From Patescibacteria group bacterium (GTDB taxonomy: Bacteria > Patescibacteriota > Minisyncoccia > UBA6257 > UBA9933), in the NCBI GenBank assembly GCA_038057075.1, contig JBBUDV010000002.1:39754-99101 (forward strand): 59,348 bases of DNA. The letters are read 5' to 3'. Position 1 is the stretch's first letter; every line of letters begins with the position of its first letter. This document shows positions 45,311 through 55,624 of this stretch, in pieces. The translations under genes and the position numbers were made by a program. The notes beneath the pieces are model-generated. The model was not told the DNA's origin. It searched no databases and saw only the letters and a program-made list of their open reading frames with translations.

Positions 45311-45532
45311 AGGTTTAGAGAAAAATAATAATATTAGTATAGTGATGATTTAGGGACAATACAAGCATTTACGATTTACTCTGCCCAACTACTTACTATT
45401 TCCGCCTTTAATTTTTAATCAAGTTTTCGCAATTTCCTTATTATCTAATTTCATTTTTTATTAGCCAACGGGCCATCGGGAAAAATAGGGTTGTAGATAA
45501 CTGAAATTTAGCTATTGTACTACTCGCTATTT

Positions 45533-45940
45533 TCAGGAGATTTTTATCTCCATTAGGTTTTCGCCCCTTCTCAAAACTTCCAGCATATACGATAACCACA
45601 GTCCTACACCCCACATTTTTTTGTCATCGTGCTTTACATAAACCCTCATAATACACTTACCGCAATATGGATCTTTTATATTTTCAGGATAGTTTTTGGC
45701 CAAGTTCATAAAAGCCATCCGACCCACTTCGCTAATATCCCAATTACAGCTATGAGTATCGATCTCCACGCGATTAAAACCTTTGGTTCTGTGTATTCTA
45801 AAGGTGAGACGGGCTGATTGACTATGCAGAGTAATAACAGATATGTGAGCGTATCCGTTTTTACAAGCTGATTTTACCAGTTCATCCAAGTTTTCCTCTG
45901 TTATTTCTGGTTTTGGTATAAGTCCTTTCGTGTTAAGCAT
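45533..45940 (-). CDS. hypothetical protein (135 aa)
   Basis: Intact ORF with no recognised motif. Confidence 0.4.
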   Translation of the reverse strand: MLNTKGLIPKPEITEENLDELVKSACKNGYAHISVITLHSQSARLTFRIHRTKGFNRVEIDTHSCNWDISEVGRMAFMNLAKNYPENIKDPYCGKCIMRVYVKHDDKKMWGVGLWLSYMLEVLRRGENLMEIKIS

Positions 45941-46014
45941 AAACGCAATATAATAAATTCTAAAAATTTCTACAAGTTGCCCTACCCAGCTACCATTATA
46001 GTATCGTTGATTTA

Positions 46015-46530
46015 TTATTTGAAAAATGGAATCTCATAATCTCCCTGCCACATTACATACCGACTAACTGATTTCCCTTTCCCCTTGAAGAATTCCATCA
46101 AATGAGAAGATAGGGGAACCCAAGCATCGTAATTATTATGAAAAATATAAGTATTCCTTAAGATATGTCGGCGGTTCTCGTCATTAGGATCGGTGAATAT
46201 AAATAGCGCCGATGTTACAAATGGCACATCTAAGTCTCCTGTTTTAATAAGAGCAAAACCTTCCTGACCGCTAAAAATCCAATTTTCTGCTTCAGCTTGA
46301 AATGCAATCATTTTATTTACCGCTGCATCTTTTCCATACCACATGCCCTCTAATTGTTTCGAGGCGATTTCGCTTACGGTATTGTAATATTTCCGTTTAT
46401 TAAACCAAGTCTCAATATCACCAATGTATGGTTCGAAAATGAACAGAATAAGGAAGAAAACTGCTATTATCGTCATTATTGTTCTAAACAACCAATTTTC
46501 TTTTAGCCAATTCTTAATTTTTTCTTTCAT
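46015..46530 (-). CDS. membrane-anchored hypothetical protein (171 aa)
   Basis: N-terminal TM (TIMTIIAVFFLILFIF). Its start lies 3 nt downstream of the dehydrogenase stop (stop at 46534). Confidence 0.45.
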   Translation of the reverse strand: MKEKIKNWLKENWLFRTIMTIIAVFFLILFIFEPYIGDIETWFNKRKYYNTVSEIASKQLEGMWYGKDAAVNKMIAFQAEAENWIFSGQEGFALIKTGDLDVPFVTSALFIFTDPNDENRRHILRNTYIFHNNYDAWVPLSSHLMEFFKGKGKSVSRYVMWQGDYEIPFFK

Positions 46531-46533
46531 AGA

Positions 46534-47571
46534 TTATTTTACCGGCACCGGATATTTCGCTTCCCCTTTTTCAACAAAACTTTTAATATTCTCAATATCG
46601 GTATCTAAAATCCTCTGCAAGGCCTCTGTGGTGTTGAACGCGGTATGCGGCGTAATTACCACGTTTGGCATATTAATTAAAACGTGATTTGCCAATGCCG
46701 CTTTTAAATTATGCTCTTCCGGATGACCGTATAACAAAAACGCCGTTTCATCCTGAATCACGCCCTCTTCCTCTAAAACATCCATTCCAGCTCCGCCTAA
46801 AATTCCTTCATTAAGCGCTTTAACCATTGCCTCAGTTTCCACAATCGCGCCGCGCGCTGTATTAATAAGTATCGCGCCTTTTTTAATTTTACCTATATTC
46901 CCCATATTTATCATGTGATGCGTGCCAGCTTGTCCTGAGCTCGCCGAAGGAGCAATATACGGAACATGTAAATCAATCACGTCGGATTGGCCTAAAAGCT
47001 CGTCAAAAGAAACATATTTAAATCCCAATTGCTCCGCCAATTCCGCTTTAGGAAATGCATCAAAAGCGATAACGTTCATTCCAAATCCTTTCGCGATTTT
47101 CACCGCGTATTGCCCGATTCTTCCTGTTCCGACAATACCGATTGTTTTGTCTTTCAAATCAAAACCTCTTAACCCCTCATAATTGAAAGCGTCTGTTTCT
47201 TTAAGACGGTCAATTGCCTGATACATTTTTCTGGACAAATTTAAAAGCAACCCAAAAGCGAATTCCGCCACGGTGTTGTCCCCATATCCCGGAACGTAAC
47301 CTGTTTTAATGTTTTTTTGTTTTAATGATTCAAGATCAATATGATCAAACCCGGTGGAACGCGTTGTAATGATTTTCAAGTTCGGAAAATGATTTATAAC
47401 ATCAGCGTCAACTTTTGAACCGACAAAAACGGAAATAATTTCAAAATCATTTTGTTGCGGAAGATTGTCTTTATTTAACTTTTGTTCGCTAAAAACCAGC
47501 TCCGCTCCCGGCAACTGCGTTTTAATATAATCTTGTTCCCACTTTTCAATTTCAGCAAAAAATATTTTCAT
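46534..47571 (-). CDS. D-isomer-specific 2-hydroxyacid dehydrogenase
   Basis: IGIVGTGRIGQYAVKIAKGFGM (NAD Rossmann), LHVP...THHMIN, ITPHTA. Confidence 0.8.
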   Translation of the reverse strand: MKIFFAEIEKWEQDYIKTQLPGAELVFSEQKLNKDNLPQQNDFEIISVFVGSKVDADVINHFPNLKIITTRSTGFDHIDLESLKQKNIKTGYVPGYGDNTVAEFAFGLLLNLSRKMYQAIDRLKETDAFNYEGLRGFDLKDKTIGIVGTGRIGQYAVKIAKGFGMNVIAFDAFPKAELAEQLGFKYVSFDELLGQSDVIDLHVPYIAPSASSGQAGTHHMINMGNIGKIKKGAILINTARGAIVETEAMVKALNEGILGGAGMDVLEEEGVIQDETAFLLYGHPEEHNLKAALANHVLINMPNVVITPHTAFNTTEALQRILDTDIENIKSFVEKGEAKYPVPVK

Positions 47572-47587
47572 AATTAAATTATAAACA

Positions 47588-47616
47588 AAAAACGCCGCTT
47601 TTAAAAGCGGCGTTTT
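47588..47616 (-). terminator. rho-independent terminator of clpP
   Basis: AACGCCGC-ttttaaaa-GCGGCGTT followed by a T-tract in minus sense. Confidence 0.8.
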
Positions 47617-47619
47617 CCA

Positions 47620-48213
47620 CTATCTTCCGTTCTTTCCTTTGATTATTTCGTCAATCGCTCCGTATTCTTTGGCATCCGCGGCTGTCATATAAAAATCCCT
47701 GTCCGTGTCTTTTTCAACCTTGGCAATCGGCTGGCCGGTGTGCTTGGCGATAATCGCGTTAAGTTTATCCTTAATCTTTACAATCTGCTTCGCGGTAATC
47801 GCAATGTCCGCGGCCTGACCCTCGGCTCCGCCCATCACCTGATGAAGCAAAATCTCCGCGTTGGGCAAAGCGAATCTTTTTCCTTTTTTGCCCGCTGCCA
47901 AAATAACGGCGCCCATTGAAGCAGCCATACCGACGCAAATAGTAGAAACATCCGGCTTAATATATTGCATGGTGTCATAAATCGCCATGCCGGCAGTCAC
48001 CACTCCGCCCGGAGAATTAACGTAAAGTTTAATGTCTTTTTTCGGGTCTTCGTGTTCCAAAAACAAAAGTTGCGCGATAATCGCATTGGCAACCTGGTCG
48101 TTAATCGCTCCGCCGAGAAAAATTATCCGTTCTTTAAGCAATCGCGAATAAATATCATACGCGCGCTCGCCGTTCATTGTTTTTTCTATAACTGTCGGGA
48201 TTAATATTTCCAT
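47620..48213 (-). CDS. clpP: ATP-dependent Clp protease proteolytic subunit
   Basis: [23 protein letters not shown] (Ser nucleophile), LHQVMGG (His). Confidence 0.92.
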   Translation of the reverse strand: MEILIPTVIEKTMNGERAYDIYSRLLKERIIFLGGAINDQVANAIIAQLLFLEHEDPKKDIKLYVNSPGGVVTAGMAIYDTMQYIKPDVSTICVGMAASMGAVILAAGKKGKRFALPNAEILLHQVMGGAEGQAADIAITAKQIVKIKDKLNAIIAKHTGQPIAKVEKDTDRDFYMTAADAKEYGAIDEIIKGKNGR

Positions 48214-48312
48214 GTTTCAAATTAAAAACTGAAAATGAAAAGCTGAAAATTAAATTTAAAATTTTACACTTCTCACTGTCATTTTTCATTTTTATTTTTC
48301 TATTTTTAATTT
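48214..48312 (-). repeat. second copy of the 99-bp leader/promoter block (identical to 36155..36253)
   Basis: Identical over 99 nt. Divergence begins at 48313 versus 36254. Confidence 0.9.
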
Positions 48313-48349
48313 CTTTAATAGTATACCAATCAAACAAAATTAATCAAGC

Positions 48350-48378
48350 TTGACATTTTAAAATACGTATGCTATCAT
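48350..48378 (+). promoter_or_regulatory. canonical sigma70 promoter
   Basis: TTGACA (48350..48355), a 17-nt spacer, then TATCAT (48373..48378). Confidence 0.6.
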
Positions 48379-48446
48379 ATTAAAAATTATCTCGCAAAAG
48401 CGAGTTAAAATCGCAATTTAACAATTTCAATTAGGGAGGATGTTTT

Positions 48447-48620
48447 ATGATCAAAGTTAGTATGACATATTTTCACAAGCCCAACGTAATCAATTTCGTT
48501 GAATTGCCATTTCCGCCTTTTATCGGAATGCACATCGTCACAGAAATCAAAGAAAAGGTGGAAATAAAAGATGTAACATTCAATACGAAATCAGGAGAGA
48601 TTATGATAGTGGTTAAGTAA
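48447..48620 (+). CDS. 57-aa hypothetical small protein
   Basis: Below the ORF-track cut-off. AGGGAGGA lies 7 nt upstream of the ATG. Translation: MIKVSMTYFHKPNVINFVELPFPPFIGMHIVTEIKEKVEIKDVTFNTKSGEIMIVVK. Has its own promoter and terminator. Confidence 0.55.
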   Translation: MIKVSMTYFHKPNVINFVELPFPPFIGMHIVTEIKEKVEIKDVTFNTKSGEIMIVVK

Positions 48621-48628
48621 ACGCAAAA

Positions 48629-48664
48629 CCGCTCCCACGTTTCATCGGGAGCGGCCTTTTTTTA
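48629..48664 (+). terminator. rho-independent terminator
   Basis: CCGCTCCC-n10-GGGAGCGG followed by T8. Confidence 0.8.
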
Positions 48665-48717
48665 TTTGTAATTCGCTTATTCGTTAATTCGTACTAAATT
48701 CGTTATTCGTTGATTTA

Positions 48718-50742
48718 TTACAGGAATCTAACAATCAACAGCGCCACAATGTTTATAACTTTAATCAAAGGATTAATCGCCGGACCAGCGGTGTCTTTAT
48801 ATGGATCGCCGACAGTGTCTCCGGTAACCGCGGCTTTGTGCGCCTCCGAACCTTTGCCGCCGAAATTTCCGTCTTCAATGTATTTTTTGGCGTTATCCCA
48901 CGCGGCTCCGCCGGTAGTCATTGAAATTCCCAAGAAAATTCCGGAAATAATTGAACCGATTAAAAATCCTCCCAATGCCTTGGCGCCAAGTAAAAACCCG
49001 ACTGCCAAAACCGCCGCAATCGGAATAATCGCCGGCAAAATCATTTCTTTCAATGCCGCTTTAGTTACAATATCAACCGCGACTCCGTAATCCGGTTTTG
49101 CTTTTCCTTCCATAATCCCTTTAATTTCTCTGAATTGACGTCTTACTTCGTCAATAACCGAACCCGCGGCTTTCCCGACGGCCTTCATCGCCATTGAACT
49201 GAAAATGTAAGGCAACGCGGCTCCCAAAAACAATCCAATAATAACGCGGGGATCACTAAGATTAAAAGAAATGTCCTTCGCCAGTTTGGCCAACTCCTCC
49301 GTGTAAGCGGAAAACAAAACCAAAGCTCCGAGGCCGGCTGAAGCGATGGCATATCCCTTGGTAACCGCCTTGGTGGTGTTGCCAACCGAATCAAGAGCGT
49401 CGGTGATTTTTCTGATTTCATGCGGCTGATTGGTCATTTCCGCGATGCCGCCCGCGTTGTCCGTAACCGGCCCGAAAGAATCTATGGCGACAACCATTCC
49501 GGCGACCGAAAGCATGCTCAACGCCGCAACCGCTATTCCGTAAATCCCGGAAAACCAATAGCTCGCGGAAATTCCCGAGATGATTAAAATAATCGGCGCC
49601 AGTGTTGACTCCATTCCCACGGCCAAACCCATAATAATGTTTGTTCCGTGTCCTGATTTTGACGCTTCGGCAATCGCCTTAACAGGCCTGAATCTTTTAG
49701 AGGTATAATAATCGGTTATTACCACCATAAATATTGTCACCATTAAACCGACAAGCGCGCTGAAATAAATATTCAAATAATTTTCCGCAAAATAAAGTTT
49801 CGTGATGAAATAAAATAAACCGGCTGAAATTATAATCGCCGCGAATATTCCTTTATATAGAGCGTTCATAATGTTTTGTCCTGAACCTGCCGAAGAATTT
49901 CCCAATTTGACGAAAAACATTCCGCAAACGGAAGCCAAAATCGCCGTACCCGCCAAAGCTAATGGAAAATAAATTCCAATTGAACCGATAGTTAAAGCGC
50001 CCAACAAAATTGAGGCGATTAAAGTAACCGCGTATGTTTCAAAAAGGTCCGCCGCCATGCCCGCGCAATCGCCGACATTATCGCCGACATTGTCCGCGAT
50101 AACCGCCGGATTTCTCGGGTCGTCTTCCGGAATTCCGGCTTCAACTTTGCCGACTAAGTCGGCTCCGACATCAGCCGCTTTGGTAAAAATGCCTCCTCCC
50201 AAACGGGCAAAAATTGAAATCAAACTCGCTCCAAAGCCCAAACCAATCAGACCTTTGACATCTTTAGTGAGCAAAAGAAATCCGGCAACAGCCAGAAGTC
50301 CCAAAGCGACAACAAGCAGTCCCGTTACCGAGCCGGCTTTAAAAGCCAATGACAATGATTCCGCCAAACCTTTTTTTGCGGCTTCCGCGGTTTTTACATT
50401 CGCCCTAACCGCGACATTCATTCCGATATAACCGGCCAAAGCCGAAGCAAATGCTCCAACTAAAAATCCAAATGACATTGTCCAACCCAAAGTTAAACCG
50501 ATAATTATAAAAAGAATCGCCGCGACAACGGCGACGGTCTTATATTGCCTGTTCAAAAATGCGGATGATCCTTCCTGAATGGCTTTGGAAATTTCCTGCA
50601 TTTTAGAGTCGCCGGACGGCTGTTTTTTCAGCCACAATATAAGATAAACCGTATAAATAATTGCCACAACAACTGGAGTAAATATTAGGTAATACATATT
50701 ATATTTATGAATTACGAAGTATGGATTAAGAATTATGAACAC
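48718..50742 (-). CDS. hppA: membrane-bound H+/Na+-translocating pyrophosphatase
   Basis: [27 protein letters not shown] and [14 protein letters not shown] signatures. Confidence 0.92.
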   Translation of the reverse strand: MFIILNPYFVIHKYNMYYLIFTPVVVAIIYTVYLILWLKKQPSGDSKMQEISKAIQEGSSAFLNRQYKTVAVVAAILFIIIGLTLGWTMSFGFLVGAFASALAGYIGMNVAVRANVKTAEAAKKGLAESLSLAFKAGSVTGLLVVALGLLAVAGFLLLTKDVKGLIGLGFGASLISIFARLGGGIFTKAADVGADLVGKVEAGIPEDDPRNPAVIADNVGDNVGDCAGMAADLFETYAVTLIASILLGALTIGSIGIYFPLALAGTAILASVCGMFFVKLGNSSAGSGQNIMNALYKGIFAAIIISAGLFYFITKLYFAENYLNIYFSALVGLMVTIFMVVITDYYTSKRFRPVKAIAEASKSGHGTNIIMGLAVGMESTLAPIILIISGISASYWFSGIYGIAVAALSMLSVAGMVVAIDSFGPVTDNAGGIAEMTNQPHEIRKITDALDSVGNTTKAVTKGYAIASAGLGALVLFSAYTEELAKLAKDISFNLSDPRVIIGLFLGAALPYIFSSMAMKAVGKAAGSVIDEVRRQFREIKGIMEGKAKPDYGVAVDIVTKAALKEMILPAIIPIAAVLAVGFLLGAKALGGFLIGSIISGIFLGISMTTGGAAWDNAKKYIEDGNFGGKGSEAHKAAVTGDTVGDPYKDTAGPAINPLIKVINIVALLIVRFL

Positions 50743-50774
50743 AAACTCTTAGTCCATAATTCATAATTCGTTTA

Positions 50775-52016
50775 TTATTCTTCGTTTGTTTTTTCTTTTT
50801 CTTCTGTTGTTGGTTGTTTATCGTTAGTCGTTGGTTGTTCCCCGAACACTCCGCTGGCTTCCTCGGGCCTTGACTGTGAACGGATATCAATTTTCCATCC
50901 GGTTAATTTCGCCGCCAGTCGCGCGTTCTGTCCGTCTTTTCCGATGGCCAAACTCAATTGGTCTTCGGGAACCATAACTTTCGCTTCTTTTCTGGGCATA
51001 ATTTGAACTTCCTGAACCTTGGCCGGCGACAAACTCGCCGCGATAAATTTAGCTGGATCGTCATACCACTCAATAATGTCAATTTTTTCATTACCAAGTT
51101 CATTGGTTACGGTCATAACTCTTGTGCCGCGTTGGCCAACACAGGCGCCGATTGGGTCAACACTTTCTTCTTTGGCGACAACCGCGATTTTCGTTCTGCT
51201 TCCCGCCTCGCGGGCTAAGGCCTTTATTTCAACCAACCCCTCGGCAATTTCCGGAACTTCCAATTCAAAAAGTTTTTTTATGAACTCGGGATGCGAGCGG
51301 GATAAAATAATACCCGGTCTTTTTCCTTCTTCTTCCTGAACCGCGACAATGTAAAATCTCAATCTTTCTCCTATTTTATAATGTTCCCCGGGAATAGTTT
51401 CGTTGTAAAACATAATGCCCATTGCTCGGCCGAAATCAACAAACACGCTGCCTCTTTCAATCCTTTGTACCGTGCCGCTTAAAATTTCGCCTTCTTTATT
51501 TTGGAATTCTTTTCTTATTGAATCCCTTTCCGCTTCGCGTATTTTCTGTAAAATAACCTGCTTGGCGGTTTGCGCCGCGATTCTGCCGAAATCCTGATGT
51601 TCTTCCAACGAAAAAACTAATTCATCGCCAAGCTGCGCGTCCGGTTTTATTTCTTTGGCTTCATTTATTAAAATATGCCGCTCCGGATTGTATCGCGGAA
51701 GTTTTTCATCCTCGCTAATTTCCTCTTGCTTTTTATCGCCTCCTTTGCCCGCCATAACCTCGGTGTCGGCGGGTTCCTCGCCTTCCTTAATAATCCTAAC
51801 CGTTGTCTCGTCAACAATTGTTTTAACTTTCCAAAAATCCATCTTGCCGGTTTTGGAATTCAATTTAACGTGAATAATCTCTCCTTTTTTGCCGTATTCT
51901 TTTTTATAAGCCGCCGCGATAGCCGATTCAACCGCGGCAAAAATCTGGCTTTCCTCCAAACCCTTTTCTTCGGCAATCTGTTTAATGGCCCAGTTTAATG
52001 ATTTTAAATCCAACAT
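50775..52016 (-). CDS. nusA: transcription termination/antitermination factor NusA
   Basis: N-terminal domain, S1 domain ([21 protein letters not shown]), KH domains ([14 protein letters not shown]; [22 protein letters not shown]), and an acidic/Thr-rich tail. Confidence 0.9.
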   Translation of the reverse strand: MLDLKSLNWAIKQIAEEKGLEESQIFAAVESAIAAAYKKEYGKKGEIIHVKLNSKTGKMDFWKVKTIVDETTVRIIKEGEEPADTEVMAGKGGDKKQEEISEDEKLPRYNPERHILINEAKEIKPDAQLGDELVFSLEEHQDFGRIAAQTAKQVILQKIREAERDSIRKEFQNKEGEILSGTVQRIERGSVFVDFGRAMGIMFYNETIPGEHYKIGERLRFYIVAVQEEEGKRPGIILSRSHPEFIKKLFELEVPEIAEGLVEIKALAREAGSRTKIAVVAKEESVDPIGACVGQRGTRVMTVTNELGNEKIDIIEWYDDPAKFIAASLSPAKVQEVQIMPRKEAKVMVPEDQLSLAIGKDGQNARLAAKLTGWKIDIRSQSRPEEASGVFGEQPTTNDKQPTTEEKEKTNEE

Positions 52017-52134
52017 AAAATTTTTGTATCAATTCTAATATACTAATTGTACTAATAATACTAATGAGCGCAAATTATATTCGTATAATTAGAATTCATT
52101 CGTATATTGGCATCGAGACTTTTTTATATAAGAA

Positions 52135-52153
52135 AATCCGCGAACTGCGGATT
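52135..52153 (-). terminator. terminator downstream of ruvC
   Basis: AATCCGC-gaact-GCGGATT followed by TTTCTT in minus sense. Confidence 0.55.
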
Positions 52154-52196
52154 AACTTTTCAAAGTATAGCAAATTTTTACAATGTGTCAATCCTG

Positions 52197-52676
52197 TTAG
52201 CTTTTATTAAACTTCGCGTGATTCGCCGCCACAATCGCTATTGCCACCGCGTCAAAAACGTCATCAGGCCCTTTAATTTCATCGGTTTTCAAAATCAACC
52301 TTACCATTTTCGCCACCGCCTTTTTATCCGCGTTGCCGCTTCCAGTAATATTCAGTTTCATTTCCGAAGGCGTATATTCCACAATCGGAATTTTATTCTG
52401 TTTCGTAAGAAAAATTATCACGCCGCGCGACTGCGCCACTTCTAAACCAGTTTTAACATTTTTCACAAAATAAAGTTTTTCCAAAGAAACCAAATCGGGC
52501 TTTTCTTTTTTTAACAAACTTTCATATTCAGTTGCCAGTTCCAAAAGGCGCTTTTCTTTGTCAAAAGAAATAATTTTTAAAAGTCCGCTTGATAAATATT
52601 GTAAATCAGAGCCATGGGCGCTAATAACGCCATAGCCGATTCTGGTAGTTCCCGGGTCAATGCCTAAAATTTTCAT
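52197..52676 (-). CDS. ruvC: crossover junction endodeoxyribonuclease RuvC
   Basis: MKILGIDPGTTRIGYGVI...DAVAIAI. Confidence 0.85.
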   Translation of the reverse strand: MKILGIDPGTTRIGYGVISAHGSDLQYLSSGLLKIISFDKEKRLLELATEYESLLKKEKPDLVSLEKLYFVKNVKTGLEVAQSRGVIIFLTKQNKIPIVEYTPSEMKLNITGSGNADKKAVAKMVRLILKTDEIKGPDDVFDAVAIAIVAANHAKFNKS

Positions 52677-53203
52677 GACTCAATATTTGTAACGACTTCC
52701 TGCGCGTCGTCATGCTCTTCCAGGTCGTTAATTAATTTTTGAAGTTTTTCCTTGCCGCTATCGGAAATCTGTTGTTTAAATTTCGCTTGCCAGCCGTTCG
52801 CCCCCCGTTCAAATGTCCACTGAACGCTCCCCGGGTCCGCCCATTTGGCGTCATTGTCTTTTAAAATTTTTTTAACTTCGCTTATTGTTCTATTTCTGCT
52901 GTCGGTAATCGCTTCTATTAAAATAGCAACGCCTTCCGGCCCGTAGGCCTCCATCAATAGTTCCTCCAAGTTTTCGCCAACCTCCGACGCGCGCTTAATT
53001 GCCCGCTCAATATTGTCGGCCGGCACCTGGTTTTCTTTCGCTTTATCAATTACGGCTCTTAATTTGGCGTTAAATTGCGGATTCGGCTCAGCCCCCACCG
53101 CAATCGTTATCGCTTTCAATAATTTAGAAAATATCTTGCCTTTCTTTTTATCAGTCGCTTCCTTTTTATGTTTTATACCCGACCAATGTGAATGCCCACT
53201 CAT
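52673..53203 (-). CDS. YebC/PmpR-family transcriptional regulator (short form)
   Basis: MSGHSHWSGIKHKKEATDKKKGKIFSKL. 4-nt overlap with ruvC. Confidence 0.8.
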   Translation of the reverse strand: MSGHSHWSGIKHKKEATDKKKGKIFSKLLKAITIAVGAEPNPQFNAKLRAVIDKAKENQVPADNIERAIKRASEVGENLEELLMEAYGPEGVAILIEAITDSRNRTISEVKKILKDNDAKWADPGSVQWTFERGANGWQAKFKQQISDSGKEKLQKLINDLEEHDDAQEVVTNIES

Positions 53204-53214
53204 AATAGTTAAGT

Positions 53215-54039
53215 TTAATAATTATTTACAAAATTATTAAACAAATTCATTAAAACTTTGGTTTTTTCGCCAACTTTGCCGTCTCCGACTTTATTCCCGT
53301 CTATTTTTACAATAGGAACAATATCCTTATTGGTTGCGGTGAGAAAAACCTCTTTTGCGCCACGCAATTCATTTTCCAATATACTTCTTTCTTCAACTTT
53401 AAATTTATTAACTGCCAATTTAACTATTAAATTTCTGGTGGTTCCAAGTAAAATTCCTTCTTTGGAAGTTATTAATTTTCCTTTTTTATCAACTATAAAA
53501 AAATTACTGGTTGACGCTTCCAAAGCAATCCCGTTTTTAATGTAAATAATTTCCAATGCCTTATTTTTTTCTTTTATTTCTTGATTCCGAATAGCCTCAA
53601 CGTAATTAGTAACCTTAGCTCGCGGCAAATGCCTTTCAAATTCATGGGTAATTACCGCCGCTCCTTCATCATAAATTCTTTTTGGAAGTTCTAAAAATTT
53701 TTCAATAAGAATATAACAAGTCGGCCTGCCCTTTGAAAAAGCATTGGCGCTCACACCTCCAGTTAAAATTGTCCTTATGATTGATTTTTTAAAATTACCG
53801 TTTTTAATTAATTTCCCCACGATAACTTGATATTTTTTCTCTGAAAAAGGAAGTTTTAATTTAAGCGCGGCAGCCGAATTTTTTAATCTGTCAAAATGTT
53901 CTTTAATAAGAAAAGGCTTATTGTTCTGTGTGCACATCACGTCAAAAACACCATATCCTCTTAATATTCCAATATCATAAGGATTAATTTTTATGCTTTT
54001 AGCCGATACAATTTTACCGTTAAAATAGGCCTTTGTCAT
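53215..54039 (-). CDS. class IV (branched-chain / D-amino-acid) aminotransferase
   Basis: 274 aa. YGVFDVM, EASTSNFF and GILLGTTR motifs of fold-type IV PLP enzymes. Confidence 0.75.
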   Translation of the reverse strand: MTKAYFNGKIVSAKSIKINPYDIGILRGYGVFDVMCTQNNKPFLIKEHFDRLKNSAAALKLKLPFSEKKYQVIVGKLIKNGNFKKSIIRTILTGGVSANAFSKGRPTCYILIEKFLELPKRIYDEGAAVITHEFERHLPRAKVTNYVEAIRNQEIKEKNKALEIIYIKNGIALEASTSNFFIVDKKGKLITSKEGILLGTTRNLIVKLAVNKFKVEERSILENELRGAKEVFLTATNKDIVPIVKIDGNKVGDGKVGEKTKVLMNLFNNFVNNY

Positions 54040-54080
54040 ATATTTATATGGTATCCAAAATTAAATAAATGTTTAAAAAA

Positions 54081-54602
54081 CTAAAATTCAACTCTATCCC
54101 AGATTTCAATTTTATTTTTTGCCGAAAACCCGGCATTAACCTCCAACACGTACATTGCCGGCGATTTGGAATTATAAATCGGGCACATAATTGTTTCGGC
54201 CGGACACGGCTCAAAATTTTCTTTTATATCAACAATTTTTCCTGCCCCGTTGGAAAATTGCTTTCCTTCGGGGTTATCTTTTGAAATAAAAATAATATCT
54301 AAAGGAATGAGCGTATTTTTCATCCAAAAACTTCTGGTTTCCTCATTTGGGAAAATAAACAGCATTCCTGAATCTTCCGGCATATTTTCCCGAAACATCA
54401 AACCTTTTGTCCATTGATAAGGAGTCGCCGCAACCTCAATGTCTATTTTTAAATTATTTTTTGGAAAGTAAACTGCTTGGGGGTTTTTATCAGTAAGTTG
54501 GCGAATGTAAAATTTCGGATAAATCAAAAACAAAATCGCGGTCAAAGCCGCGGCTCCGCAAAGAATAATTAAATAAAAAGTTTTATTAAAAATTTTTACC
54601 AT
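54081..54602 (-). CDS. DUF192-domain protein
   Basis: KGLMFRENMPEDSGMLFIF...FWMKNTLIPLDIIFI matches the DUF192 signature. N-terminal TM. Confidence 0.7.
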   Translation of the reverse strand: MVKIFNKTFYLIILCGAAALTAILFLIYPKFYIRQLTDKNPQAVYFPKNNLKIDIEVAATPYQWTKGLMFRENMPEDSGMLFIFPNEETRSFWMKNTLIPLDIIFISKDNPEGKQFSNGAGKIVDIKENFEPCPAETIMCPIYNSKSPAMYVLEVNAGFSAKNKIEIWDRVEF

Positions 54603-54701
54603 TAGCCTGCCCAGTTAGAAATAAATAGGGGTGAAAACATGGAATATAGCAATATAAAAAATAATACGATTGATTAATAATTACGTATAAATTTCTATCA
54701 G

Positions 54702-54999
54702 GGTGCTCAATTCTAAACTTTGCACGAACCCATTTTGAGCGGAACGACTGAACCGCCCCGCCGCCGCTCGCTAACGCTCGCCACACCACAGAAAAGTTTT
54801 GTTCGCATTTTTTGATTTGCGCGCGACGGATTTTTTCTTCTAAAAGGAAAACAAAACTTTTCTGTGGTGTCCTGCTCTGACCGAGCAGGCGGCGGGGCTC
54901 TGCGGACTTCGCTCGGACGGCTCGGCATTCCTCCCCCCAACCCCCTCCTGCCGAGCCGTCCTCGCTTCGGCAAAAGGTTTTTTCGGCGGAAAAATTCAT
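54702..54999 (-). repeat. left arm of a perfect 298-bp inverted repeat (GC-rich structured element)
   Basis: Exact reverse complement of 59001..59298, verified position by position. Starts 3 nt downstream of the tRNA-Arg 3' end in the same sense. Confidence 0.95.
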
Positions 55000-55002
55000 C
55001 AG

Positions 55003-55074
55003 CACCCTCGGCAGGATTCGAACCCGCAAGTCCTCATTAGAACAGAGGCAGTTTATCCATTAGCTTACGAGGGC
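55003..55074 (-). tRNA. tRNA-Arg (anticodon TCT)
   Basis: Manual cloverleaf: GCCCUCG acceptor, CCUCU-GUUCUAA-UGAGG anticodon arm (U-U at 31/39), GCGGG-UUCGAAU-CCUGC T arm. CCA is not encoded. Confidence 0.8.
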
Positions 55075-55164
55075 AAAGATAAAGAAGCGCACAAGTGCGC
55101 TGAATAATCTTTAGCTTCTTTTCCTCGTAAGCAAAAACATAATTGCATATTAGCAAAAACAGAA

Positions 55165-55185
55165 AAGCCTTGCAATGCAAGGCTT
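55165..55185 (-). terminator. terminator of the small HNH gene pair
   Basis: AGCCTTGCA-a-TGCAAGGCT followed by TTTCTGTTTTT in minus sense. Confidence 0.65.
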
Positions 55186-55300
55186 CTGCCGAGGGTGCGC
55201 CGGTCGTTCGCCATCTCATCCAAGCCGGACAGCAATTTTTTCCTGCGGATAATTCTCAGGCGATCAGGCTCTAACTACTGGGTCGCTTTTTCGAAGTACC

Positions 55301-55561
55301 CTATTTACCTTTGTGTTGGGTCTTTGCGCCTTTTTCGCGGTTCTCTTCCCAATGGAGTGGCTGTAGATTTCTCAACTGATCACTTCCACCCTTATCTTTG
55401 GGGTTTTTATGATCAATCTCCCAGCCATATTCTCCCTCTGTGCCATAAGAAGCGAAACGGATTTTATTGCCGTAAGTATCCTTTCTCCAAACATCAGTGT
55501 CTTTGCCCTTCATTTCTTTTGCCTTGTCCCAAACTTCCTCAATTAGTTTCTTTGAAGCCAT
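55301..55561 (-). CDS. small HNH-family nuclease-like protein
   Basis: 86 aa. WEIDHKNPKDKGGSDQLRNLQPLHWEENREKG is an HNH (His-Me finger) motif. Confidence 0.65.
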   Translation of the reverse strand: MASKKLIEEVWDKAKEMKGKDTDVWRKDTYGNKIRFASYGTEGEYGWEIDHKNPKDKGGSDQLRNLQPLHWEENREKGAKTQHKGK

Positions 55562-55624
55562 AGATTGATTGGGTGCTATTGGTTAATAATTTCGACCTTT
55601 TTCATATCTACCATCTGTGTACCT

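Noticed and set aside
54586-55029. ORFs inside the 298-bp repeat arms: 54586..55029(-), 54713..54973(-) and the identical 59027..59287(+)
   Set aside because: They have Arg/Gly/Pro-rich low-complexity translations, non-ATG starts and no SD. The first runs into the tRNA-Arg gene. Their identity simply reflects the DNA repeat, and the GC-rich palindromic content explains the open frames.
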